Assembly: GCA_049997875.1 (NCBI GenBank)
Contig: JBEKRC010000004.1
Coordinates: 8,928-72,927 of the forward strand
Direction: 5' to 3'
Length of the DNA stretch: 64,000 nucleotides
From: Minisyncoccia bacterium
GTDB taxonomy: Bacteria; Patescibacteriota; Minisyncoccia; UBA6257; 2-01-FULL-56-20
The position numbers were made by a program, and so were the translations under genes. The notes beneath the pieces were generated by a model, which saw nothing but the letters and a program-made list of their open reading frames with translations, had not been told where the DNA came from and did no database searches. Every line of letters begins with the position of its first letter. Positions within the stretch are counted from its first letter, which is position 1. This document shows, piece by piece, positions 56,675 to 64,000 of the stretch.

Positions 56675-57358
56675 TTACACCAGAATATATTTTCCTTTTT
56701 GCTCGTCGCGAATGAGCCGTCCGCGGTCCAGCGTGATCACTCTTTTCTCCAGACTGTTGATCACTTCTTTGTCGTGGGTCGCAAGCACGACCGTCGTACC
56801 GAGCTGGTTGATCTTCTCCAAAAGCTTCACGATCTCAAACGTATGAAACGGATCAAGGTTGCCCGTCGGCTCGTCGGCGATCACGACTTCCGGCCGGTGG
56901 ATCATCGCCCGCGCGATCGCCACGCGCTGCCGTTCGCCGCCCGAAAGTTCGCTCGGAAAATTTCTCATCTTGTCCCCCAATCCTACCATGTCCAGCACTT
57001 GAGGAACGAGCTCCGCGATCTCCCGCTGCGGCCGCCCTGCCACCTCAAGCGCGAATGCCACGTTTTCATACGCGTTTTTAGTCGGGAGGAGCCGAAAGTC
57101 CTGGAATACGACGCCAATGTGCCGCCGGAAGGCAGGCAATTCCTTATCCACCAATTTGTTCACTTCGTACTGCCCAAAAAATACCCGCCCCTTCGTGGGT
57201 TTTTCCTCGCCGATCAGAAGCTTGACGACGGTGGACTTTCCCGCGCCCGATCTGCCCGCGAGAGACACGAATTCCCCGGGATCAATCTGGAACGATACTT
57301 CCTCCAGCGCCGTGGCTTCGTGATTGTAATGCTTGGAAACTGTCTGGAAAACGATCAT
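56675..57358 (-). CDS. ftsE: Cell division ATP-binding protein FtsE
   Basis: Walker [25 protein letters not shown], Walker [13 protein letters not shown]; 227 aa. Confidence 0.9.
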   Translation of the reverse strand: MIVFQTVSKHYNHEATALEEVSFQIDPGEFVSLAGRSGAGKSTVVKLLIGEEKPTKGRVFFGQYEVNKLVDKELPAFRRHIGVVFQDFRLLPTKNAYENVAFALEVAGRPQREIAELVPQVLDMVGLGDKMRNFPSELSGGERQRVAIARAMIHRPEVVIADEPTGNLDPFHTFEIVKLLEKINQLGTTVVLATHDKEVINSLEKRVITLDRGRLIRDEQKGKYILV

Positions 57359-57381
57359 GAAATTCGCTGTTAATTTGTATT

Positions 57382-58432
57382 CTATAACATTTCAAGCTCC
57401 GCTTCAATGAACAGGTCTAGGTCGCCCGCGAGCACTGCGTCCACTTTCGCCGTTTCCGCCTCCGTGCGGTGGTCCTTCACCATTTGGTAAGGGTTCAGAA
57501 CATACGAACGGATCTGGTTTCCCCACTCGGGCTTTACCTTCACGCGCAACGCGCCGATCTCGCTCACCTTTTCCTTCTCCATCAGATTAAAAAGCTTCGC
57601 CTTGAGGAGCTTGAGCGCATACGCGCGGTTCTGCGCCTGCGAGCGCTGCGCTTGCGAACTTACGGCGAGCCCGGTCGGGAGATGCACCACGCGCACTGCC
57701 GTTTCCACCTTGTTCACATTCTGTCCGCCCGGACCGCCCGAGCGATAGAATTCAAATTTAAGGTCTTTTTCCGGGATCTGCAGTTTTGATTCTTCAAGCG
57801 GCGGCAAATCCGGAATCACTTCCACGAGCGCGAACGACGTGTGTCGCAGCTTTTTAGGCGAAAACGGCGAAATACGCACAAGGCGGTGGACGCCGGATTC
57901 TTTCTTCAAATATCCGTAGGCGTAATCCCCTTTTATTTCCACTGTCCGCGAGCGGATGTTGTCGTCAATCACCCGCAGCTTCCATCCGCGCCGCTTCGCG
58001 TAACTTTCATACATAACGCCCAGCATCCGCGCCCAGTCCTCTGCATCCTCGCCGCCCGCGCCGGGATAAACCGCGAGCACTGCCGCCTGTATGTCATAGC
58101 GCCCGACAAACAGCTGCTTCAGTTCAAACTCCTTGAATTTCTTTTTCAGTTCGTAAAATTTCGCTTCGTCAAAACTCTCGCCGCCTGCCGCGGCCATGAG
58201 TGCCGCGATGCCACTTTCAATTTCGCGGTACTGTACCACGAGATCATTCAGAACTCCCAGCTCTTTGATTGCTTCATCTGCCGCTGCGCGGTTTTTCCAA
58301 AACGCCCCGTCGGCCATCTCGGCCGTGAGTTCCTTTATTCTCTTTTCACTTGCGGCCAAGTCAAAGCCGCCCGCCTAACCGGCGGGCATCGGTCGCAAGC
58401 TCATCTAATTCTTTTCTTGTGTTTGTATCCAT
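57382..58432 (-). CDS. prfB: Peptide chain release factor 2, with the programmed +1 ribosomal frameshift (CTT TGA C at 58360..58366)
   Basis: Frame 0 (ATG 58432) encodes [23 protein letters not shown] and stops at an in-frame TGA within CTTTGAC; the +1 frame continues [12 protein letters not shown]... through SPF (RISPFSPKK) and GGQ ([11 protein letters not shown]). An SD-like GGCGGGCGG precedes the shift site. Confidence 0.9.
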
Positions 58433-58544
58433 CTTCGTTTCGTCGGATTCGCGGCGCAGCAGCGGCAGGAACGCGCGCTCTCCGACGGCGCGCCGCTGCT
58501 TTTTGCCATACATTCAATATACCATAACCCTTTGAGCCGGAGAG

Positions 58545-58616
58545 AGGAGTCGAACCTCCAACCTCTGCTTTACGAAAGCATTGCTCTGCCATTGAGCTAC
58601 TCCGGCGACAATGAAA
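58545..58616 (-). tRNA. tRNA-Thr (anticodon CGU)
   Basis: Hand-folded: acceptor GCCGGAG/CTCCGGC, D-arm GCTC-AATGGCA-GAGC, anticodon loop TTCGTAA, T-arm GGAGG-TTCGACT-CCTCT (one G-U), discriminator U; 72 nt. Confidence 0.8.
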
Positions 58617-58690
58617 ATCTAGCAAATTTTTCCGAATATGAAAAGGGTGCGATTGACGGAAGCGCCGCGCTCGTGCTACCATGCGCAGGT

Positions 58691-58939
58691 ATGAAAAAGG
58701 ACATTCACCCGACGTATTTCCCCCAAGCCCATGTCGTCTGCGCATGCGGCAACACGTTCACCGTGGGCGCAACGAAGGCCGAGATCAAAGTTGAGATCTG
58801 TTCCCATTGCCACCCGTTCTACACGGGCGAAGAGAAGCTGATAGACACCGCTGGCCGCGTGGAGAAGTTCAAGACGCGCCGCGCGAAAGCCGTTCGCAAG
58901 CCGAAACCGAAGAAGGTGCGGGCTAAAAAAACGCGTTAA
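58691..58939 (+). CDS. rpmE: 50S ribosomal protein L31 (type A, zinc-binding)
   Basis: [26 protein letters not shown]...[11 protein letters not shown]; the ATG at 58691 is preferred, because the track ORF start lies antisense to the tRNA. Confidence 0.85.
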   Translation: MKKDIHPTYFPQAHVVCACGNTFTVGATKAEIKVEICSHCHPFYTGEEKLIDTAGRVEKFKTRRAKAVRKPKPKKVRAKKTR

Positions 58940-58972
58940 CGGGCGCCGGCAACAAAAGGCGATCTCCATCCG

Positions 58973-59722
58973 TCATATCGTTGGAATACTGAACGAGAAA
59001 GCGGATCCCTTGCCCTCGCCTTCGGACGATACCGAAATTTTCCCGTTATGGGCTTCCACGAACATCTTCGCGACGTGGAGGCCAAGGCCGCTGCCGCGGA
59101 TCTCGCCCTTCACGCGCTCGTCGCGGACGAACTCCTCAAACAAAAACGGCTGGACTCCCTCCGAGATGCCGATCCCGGAATCCGCGACCGAAAGCACGAC
59201 ATTTCCGTCCTTCTCTTCCACGTTCACCTTTACAAAACCTTTTTCGGTGTACTTCACGGCGTTGTCAACCAAATTTTTTATCACGTGCTGCAGCTTTTGC
59301 TCATCGCCATAGATCATGATCTCTTTTTGCGGCGCCTGGAATTCCAAATTCAGGCCTTTGCTTGACGCAAGATGGCCCAGTTCCTCCGCCGCCTGTCGCG
59401 CGAGTTTCACGAAATCAATGTTCGCCATTTGATATTCAATCCTCCCCTCTTCAATCTTGCGAAGATCTATCACATTGTCCACAAGGTTCACGAGGTCTTC
59501 GGCTGCAAACTCAATTTTTGCCATGACTTCTCTCGCGCGGTTGTCTATTTCGCCGTAATAGCCGTCACGCAAGAGCGCCGCGTAGCCGCGGATAATGCCC
59601 AATGGCGCCTTCATCTGATGCGACGTGAGCGCCAAAAGATGCGTCTTGAAATGGTTCAGGTCATTGAGCTTTCTGTTGTCCTCCTCAAGCTTCTTGCGAA
59701 GCTCGTCAGCATCGGCGCTCAT
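58973..59722 (-). CDS. Cytoplasmic histidine kinase (HisKA + HATPase)
   Basis: H-box LTSHQMKAPLGIIRGYAALL, N-box NLVDNAVKYT, G-boxes DSGIGI / GSGLGL; ATG at 59722. Confidence 0.8.
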   Translation of the reverse strand: MSADADELRKKLEEDNRKLNDLNHFKTHLLALTSHQMKAPLGIIRGYAALLRDGYYGEIDNRAREVMAKIEFAAEDLVNLVDNVIDLRKIEEGRIEYQMANIDFVKLARQAAEELGHLASSKGLNLEFQAPQKEIMIYGDEQKLQHVIKNLVDNAVKYTEKGFVKVNVEEKDGNVVLSVADSGIGISEGVQPFLFEEFVRDERVKGEIRGSGLGLHVAKMFVEAHNGKISVSSEGEGKGSAFSFSIPTI

Positions 59723-59768
59723 GCTTATATGATACCAAGCCGTTTTAACTCTCGCTCTGCAACGAGGG

Positions 59769-60167
59769 TCACTTTTTTGCGAGCATTTCCCGCACCCTTG
59801 CCACAATCACATTCAGGTCCGCGGTCTTATCAATGTAATCCTCCATGCCCAATCCCTTCGCGAGCCTATCGCGGTCGCCCTGGGTCGCGGGCCATGGATC
59901 TTTCAGGTTGCTCAGAAACGCGATTTTTATGTCTTTTGTCTCCGGATTCTGTTTGATCGCAAGCGCCGCATCGGTACCGGTCTCCCCGCCGGGCATGCGG
60001 ACGTCCATAAGAACAAGGTCGGGGTGCAATTTCGCCGCGGCATCAACTCCCTCTTTGGCATTGTAGGCCACCACGGGATCAAAGCCGGATGCCCCAAGCT
60101 TCACGGACATAATTTCCAGAAGTTCGTGCTCGTCGTCAACAATGAGGACAAGCGGTTTTTCCCTCAT
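59769..60167 (-). CDS. Single-domain response regulator (CheY-like receiver)
   Basis: LIVDDE, phospho-acceptor Asp in LVLMDVRMP, conserved Lys; 132 aa. Confidence 0.85.
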   Translation of the reverse strand: MREKPLVLIVDDEHELLEIMSVKLGASGFDPVVAYNAKEGVDAAAKLHPDLVLMDVRMPGGETGTDAALAIKQNPETKDIKIAFLSNLKDPWPATQGDRDRLAKGLGMEDYIDKTADLNVIVARVREMLAKK

Positions 60168-60553
60168 GAAAGCAGTGCCGTTATCTTTTCCGCAAGCACG
60201 TCAAGGTCGTCGGTCTTTTTGAGGTACCCCTGCGCGCCGAATTCTTCGGAGAATTTCCTGTTGATGTCCTGCATGTCCAAGCGCGGGTCGCCCAGGCTCG
60301 TAAGAAATGCCACCTTGATGTCTTTCAATGCCGGGTCTTCCTTCATTTTGAGCACCGCCGTCGCGCCGTCCATCACCGGCATCTTGACATCCATAAGGAC
60401 AAGGTCGGGCTTTGCTTTCGCCATCTTAAGGAGCGCCGCTTGTCCGTCCTCCGCGGTATCCACGCGATAGCCCATCGCCAAAAGTTTGGTTTGGAAAATC
60501 TCGCGGAAATCCGGCTCGTCGTCAACAATCAGTATGAATGGTTGCCCTGCCAT
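60164..60553 (-). CDS. Single-domain response regulator (CheY-like receiver), tandem paralog
   Basis: LIVDDEPDFREI, LVLMDVKMP; 129 aa; overlaps the upstream receiver gene by 4 nt. Confidence 0.85.
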   Translation of the reverse strand: MAGQPFILIVDDEPDFREIFQTKLLAMGYRVDTAEDGQAALLKMAKAKPDLVLMDVKMPVMDGATAVLKMKEDPALKDIKVAFLTSLGDPRLDMQDINRKFSEEFGAQGYLKKTDDLDVLAEKITALLS

Positions 60554-60583
60554 TGATGTACTATTATTATATCATACGAAGCG

Positions 60584-61318
60584 ATGACAACGGATAAAAT
60601 AATTCTTGAAATACGGGCTGGCGCGGGCGGTGACGAAGCCGCCATTTTCGCGGGCGATCTCGCGCGCATGTACCAGCGCTACGCGATGAGGCGCAGGTGG
60701 GTGTTTTCCGTACTTGATTCCAGTGCGACCTCGCTCCAAGGATTCAAATCGCTCGTGGCCGAAGTGCAAGGCGCGGGATGCTACGAGGCGCTTCGGAACG
60801 AATCCGGCGTGCACCGCGTGCAGCGAATCCCGGCAACGGAAAAATCGGGGCGCGTGCACACCTCCACTGCCTCGGTGGCCGTGTTACCAATCGTGGAAGC
60901 GCGCGAGGTAAGCATCGCACCTGGCGACATTGAGGCGACATTCTCTCGCGCCGGCGGTCCGGGAGGGCAGAACGTGAACAAGGTAGAAACGGCCGTACGG
61001 ATCCTCCATAAACCGACCGGCATTGTCGTTTCCTCGCGCGAGGAACGCTCCCAGCACGCGAACCGCGAAAAAGCGATGGATGTCCTCCGCGCGAAACTGT
61101 ACGAAATGGAACAGCGCAAGGCAGTGGGATCCGTGACTGACCTCCGCCGCGAACAGGTCGGCAGCGCCGACCGCTCGGAAAAGATCCGCACCTACAATTT
61201 TCCCGATGACCGCATCACCGACCATCGCATTGGGAAAAAATGGCACAATATTGAAAAGATCATGGACGGCGACATGGACCCGATCGTGAAGGCGTTCACA
61301 AAAAATACCACGAATTAA
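60584..61318 (+). CDS. prfA: Class-I release factor of the RF1 type (PxT + GGQ) lacking the N-terminal domain 1
   Basis: PAT tripeptide ([14 protein letters not shown]) and GGQ ([17 protein letters not shown]) are present; the protein starts at the domain-2 region ([20 protein letters not shown]). 244 aa versus ~360 for RF1; there is no upstream coding space on this strand. Confidence 0.7.
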   Translation: MTTDKIILEIRAGAGGDEAAIFAGDLARMYQRYAMRRRWVFSVLDSSATSLQGFKSLVAEVQGAGCYEALRNESGVHRVQRIPATEKSGRVHTSTASVAVLPIVEAREVSIAPGDIEATFSRAGGPGGQNVNKVETAVRILHKPTGIVVSSREERSQHANREKAMDVLRAKLYEMEQRKAVGSVTDLRREQVGSADRSEKIRTYNFPDDRITDHRIGKKWHNIEKIMDGDMDPIVKAFTKNTTN

Positions 61319-61336
61319 AAATTCATTAAAAATAAT

Positions 61337-61364
61337 TTGACAAGGCGTGTTGCAAAGCTATACT
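61337..61364 (+). promoter_or_regulatory. Near-consensus sigma70 promoter TTGACA-N16-TATACT
   Basis: Seen directly in the sequence; there is no protein-coding gene downstream on the plus strand. Confidence 0.5.
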
Positions 61365-61370
61365 GAATAA

Positions 61371-61498
61371 AATCCATTATCTCATGGGGCAGAAAGCCAG
61401 AAAGACGGCTTTGCTGCGGGGTGGGATTTCTCAATGGAATCCCATTACGATGGAGGAATCGCGCCGCCCTCCCTGCTCCATATGATAGTGGACTTTTT
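61371..61498 (+). ncRNA. Candidate small structured RNA transcribed from the consensus promoter; function unknown
   Basis: Nested hairpins predicted by eye: GCAGAAAGCC/GGCTTTGCTGC, TGGGATT-loop-AATCCCA, GGAGG-loop-CCTCC, ATGGAG..CTCCAT. It ends with a TTTTT run at 61494..61498 and lies antisense to the 3' end of ORF 61445..61906. Confidence 0.35.
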
Positions 61499-61906
61499 GA
61501 TATATGAGGGTCTGGTAGGAAAAAATGTGACGCAGAAGGGAACTTCTCCATAGTCCTTTACGCAAATCTCAAGCGGGCACGCCAAAAATTTCCTTTCGCG
61601 GAACTTTCTGAAAAATATAAAATCGCCCCGGTCGCCGAATCTCGGCAATGAAATATAATCGGGTTTTTGAAAAACTGCAGAAAGGTCACTGAGATAATTT
61701 ATTGTGAACTCCGGTCGCTGATCATACGCGTGTTTCAAGCTCCAGGTTGAAGTGTATACATTTGGCGAGGAGAATTTACTGTGCAAGCGGAGAAAACTGT
61801 ATACCTCCATTGGAATACGACTGATCAGTACGTCGTATAAAGCTATGGGAGCTTTCGGCGGGGTACCCAAAATCTGCTCCGCGAAAATACGTTTATATTT
61901 CTCCAT
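61445..61906 (-). CDS. Hypothetical protein (153 aa), AT-rich
   Basis: Non-repetitive ORF with no motifs. A palindromic hairpin GAGCTACC-ccat-GGTAGCTC lies directly upstream of its ATG; an alternative-frame ORF (61315..61551) overlaps its 3' end, so a frameshifted or longer gene is possible. Confidence 0.35.
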   Translation of the reverse strand: MEKYKRIFAEQILGTPPKAPIALYDVLISRIPMEVYSFLRLHSKFSSPNVYTSTWSLKHAYDQRPEFTINYLSDLSAVFQKPDYISLPRFGDRGDFIFFRKFRERKFLACPLEICVKDYGEVPFCVTFFPTRPSYIKKSTIIWSREGGAIPPS

Positions 61907-61933
61907 GAGCTACCCCATGGTAGCTCAACAAGA

Positions 61934-62443
61934 TTAAAAAAATCTTAAATTATCTTCCCTAATCTCGTACCTCGCAATCGTTTTCCCGTCGTCGCTAAAA
62001 TAGAATTTTCCCGCAATCAATTTCCCTTGCAATACCTCGGGCAGCCAAAGCCGGTCGTCCGGCCACATGGCATCAAACGGGATCTCGCTGAACTTGAACC
62101 ACTGCGGCCGCATTTCCTCAGACTCGGTCGGTTCGCCCACCCATCGCTTCACAAAAAAGATGTGTACGCGCTGGTTCCAGTCAGGTTTATGTTCAAAAAA
62201 GAAATCCAGAACGGCGTACTTTTTGAGGTCGCCCATAGAAATCTTTAGGCCAATTTCTTCTTCCAATTCCCGTACCGCAGCAGCTTCAATGGACTCCCCT
62301 TCCTTCGGTTTTCCGCCAATGCCATTCCAACGGCCAGCGCCGAACCCGCGCTTTTTCATGCCGAGAAGTATGGAAACCTCCGTAAGCGGCAGGCAAAGGG
62401 TCGTGTCCAGCATATCTCGGGACGTAAAATGTTCCACGCTCAC
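61934..62443 (-). CDS. NUDIX hydrolase (MutT-like)
   Basis: Nudix box GGKPKEGESIEAAAVRELEEEIG. Confidence 0.85.
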   Translation of the reverse strand: MSVEHFTSRDMLDTTLCLPLTEVSILLGMKKRGFGAGRWNGIGGKPKEGESIEAAAVRELEEEIGLKISMGDLKKYAVLDFFFEHKPDWNQRVHIFFVKRWVGEPTESEEMRPQWFKFSEIPFDAMWPDDRLWLPEVLQGKLIAGKFYFSDDGKTIARYEIREDNLRFF

Positions 62444-63510
62444 ACAAGGATCTTCGCGGTCTGTTTAATGAGCGACAACGCCACCGGCGCGGGCAACAAA
62501 CTATACGAGGGCACACCGTCAGCATCAACGATCCAAGGAGTTTCAATGATCTTGATCTTCTTCGTTTTTTCGTCTCTCTCGTACCCGTACACGGGCGTGA
62601 CCTCATAGTCGTCCACAAAATTGGCCGCCTTATCCACCGGCACCGAGTTTCTTAACAACACTTTGGGAACCCCGGTGAGCGTGAAGAGCTGCCGGAATAT
62701 TTTCTCGTCGGCCGTGAGGCGGGCGCGGATCGGTTCAATCCCGAGTTCATCGCCCTCCTTCGGCAACATCCGCGCTCCGTGGCACGACGGAGTATCGCAC
62801 ATCAGATAAAACACCTTTTTTTCTTCGTCGTAGCCGATCTCTTTCGTGGGAGCCAATTTCGTATTGCGGGGAACCTTGCAGATGGGGCACACCACGCGCG
62901 TTTTGATACGCTCGTCAATGACGGCGTTCGGAACGTCAATAAACACAAAGAAGTCCGGCTCGCCATGATACCCCAAAAGTTCCCTCAAAAAAATTGAATA
63001 ATGGATTTGATCAAGCCCGCGCGGGAACCCGTCAATGAAGATCGCCTGCCGTGGACGCTTGCTCACCTCGTATTTCAAAAGAGCGATGATAAGCTCGGTG
63101 GATACGAGCGTGGACTGGCTCCGTCCTTCAATCAAGCCGTCTATTTCCTTCAATGAGTGGAAACCGCGATAATGTTTCTCCAAGAACATAGAAAGTTCTT
63201 TTTTCTTTTTGGGATCCGAAAGTCCCGCGTGCACGTCGCGGACGATATCCCCCACCGCCACGTGGCCGACATGGGTGCTGCCCACTGCTTCCATAAAAAG
63301 CTTGGAGTAAGTCCCTTTCCCGGAATTCTTTTTTCCCAAAAGATATGCCACGAACGCTTTCCCGCTTTCAAGATATTTCCTTATCGCCGCAATTTCCTTT
63401 CCCGCTTTCAGCGAAAAATACTCTCGGCGATCGTCCAAGTCGTTCAAGTTGAATTTTTTGGTGACGTCCTGAACTTTGGTTTTGAAAACGGGGAATTCCA
63501 GATCTTTCAT
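62440..63510 (-). CDS. adk: Adenylate-kinase-family protein, long variant with Zn-lid and N- and C-terminal extensions
   Basis: P-loop GKKNSGKGT, FIDGFPR NMP-binding motif, Cys4 lid (CPICK...CDTPSC); 356 aa versus ~215 for canonical Adk. Confidence 0.55.
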   Translation of the reverse strand: MKDLEFPVFKTKVQDVTKKFNLNDLDDRREYFSLKAGKEIAAIRKYLESGKAFVAYLLGKKNSGKGTYSKLFMEAVGSTHVGHVAVGDIVRDVHAGLSDPKKKKELSMFLEKHYRGFHSLKEIDGLIEGRSQSTLVSTELIIALLKYEVSKRPRQAIFIDGFPRGLDQIHYSIFLRELLGYHGEPDFFVFIDVPNAVIDERIKTRVVCPICKVPRNTKLAPTKEIGYDEEKKVFYLMCDTPSCHGARMLPKEGDELGIEPIRARLTADEKIFRQLFTLTGVPKVLLRNSVPVDKAANFVDDYEVTPVYGYERDEKTKKIKIIETPWIVDADGVPSYSLLPAPVALSLIKQTAKILV

Positions 63511-64000
63511 TTCTTTTTCTTAATTTCCAATCCTAGCTCGTCCAATTGCTTCTTGTCCACCGCGGACGGCGCGGTCACGACGGCGGTCTGTCCGCCGGAA
63601 CTCGCGGGGAAGGCGATCACCTCGCGGATGCTCCTTTCCCCAAGCGCGGCGTAGAGGAATCGGTCCAGTCCCGGCGCGATGCCGCCGTGCGGAGGCACTC
63701 CGTATGTGAACGCGTTCAAGAAATAATCAAACTGTTCCTTTTGCCCGCGGCTGAACCCAATCAGGTCAAACACTTTCTCCTGAATTTCCCTCTGATGGAT
63801 ACGAATGCTGCCGCCGCCTACTTCAAAACCGTTCAGTACCATATCATGCTGCAAGCCGCGGACTTTCGTCGGATCGGTATCCAAAAGCGAAATATCGTCC
63901 GGGTGCGGCGCGGTGAACATATGGTGGGACGGCGCGAATTTCGCGCTGCCGGAGCCGTGGAAAAAATCCTCTTTGGTCTGTTCCGTGAAAAGCGGGAAGT
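63507..64000 (-). CDS. aspS: Aspartate--tRNA ligase, C-terminal part (gene continues past the window end)
   Basis: Class II aaRS motif 3 region NGFEVGGGSIRIH...GVPPHGGIAPGLDRFLYAALGERSIREVIAFP; there is no start within the window. Confidence 0.8.
   Translation of the reverse strand, partial: FPLFTEQTKEDFFHGSGSAKFAPSHHMFTAPHPDDISLLDTDPTKVRGLQHDMVLNGFEVGGGSIRIHQREIQEKVFDLIGFSRGQKEQFDYFLNAFTYGVPPHGGIAPGLDRFLYAALGERSIREVIAFPASSGGQTAVVTAPSAVDKKQLDELGLEIKKKK

Noticed and set aside
58401-58745. 114-aa minus-strand ORF
   Set aside because: Overlaps tRNA-Thr and lies antisense to the rpmE 5' region; the real features there are the tRNA and L31.
61315-61551. 78-aa minus-strand ORF overlapping the end of ORF 61445..61906 in another frame
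   Set aside because: Probably either a frameshifted continuation of the 153-aa ORF or a chance ORF antisense to the candidate ncRNA; there is too little evidence to call it separately.

Overview
This 64 kb window is almost entirely coding and mostly minus-strand. It reads like a small-genome, GC-rich (~55-60%) bacterium, possibly Patescibacteria/CPR-like; that is inferred from gene content such as a short HrcA, a hinge-less SMC-like protein, archaeal-type PGI/PMI, Gmad2 and DUF1653, and is not proven. The backbone is housekeeping. It includes the rpsP-KH operon, smc-rnc-nusB-rpmF-rnhB, hrcA-grpE-dnaK-dnaJ with a CIRCE operator, corA-cysS-dnaB-recR, ychF, ddl/murF, and a zwf-gnd fusion. It also includes a complete F1Fo ATP synthase operon (atpBEFHAGDC), ftsEX, prfB with its +1 frameshift, rpmE, and a histidine kinase with two response regulators, an RF1-like factor, adk-like and aspS (truncated at the window end). 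There are two tRNAs, Lys-UUU and Thr-CGU. No CRISPR array, rRNA or integrase/transposase was seen.

Several AT-rich islets (~42-48% GC) interrupt this backbone and hold the interesting material:
- A protease plus CxxC protein cassette inserted inside the dnaK operon.
- A LAGLIDADG+HTH gene abutting tRNA-Lys, next to an EEP nuclease and a YdjM-like hydrolase.
- An E1-like (ThiF) gene coupled to a GNAT N-acyl-amino-acid-synthase-like gene, beside an orphan HicB-like gene.
- A 555-aa protein with ~40 cysteines and duplicated double-zinc-ribbon ends.
- An orphan RsbW-like kinase with a 50-aa Cys-rich peptide.

There are also candidate structured RNAs: a ~140-nt nested hairpin 3' of ftsX, a consensus sigma70 promoter driving a structured ~128-nt RNA, and a tRNA-like T-arm/acceptor fragment. 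All calls come from reading the sequence and ORF translations by eye; no database search was run.
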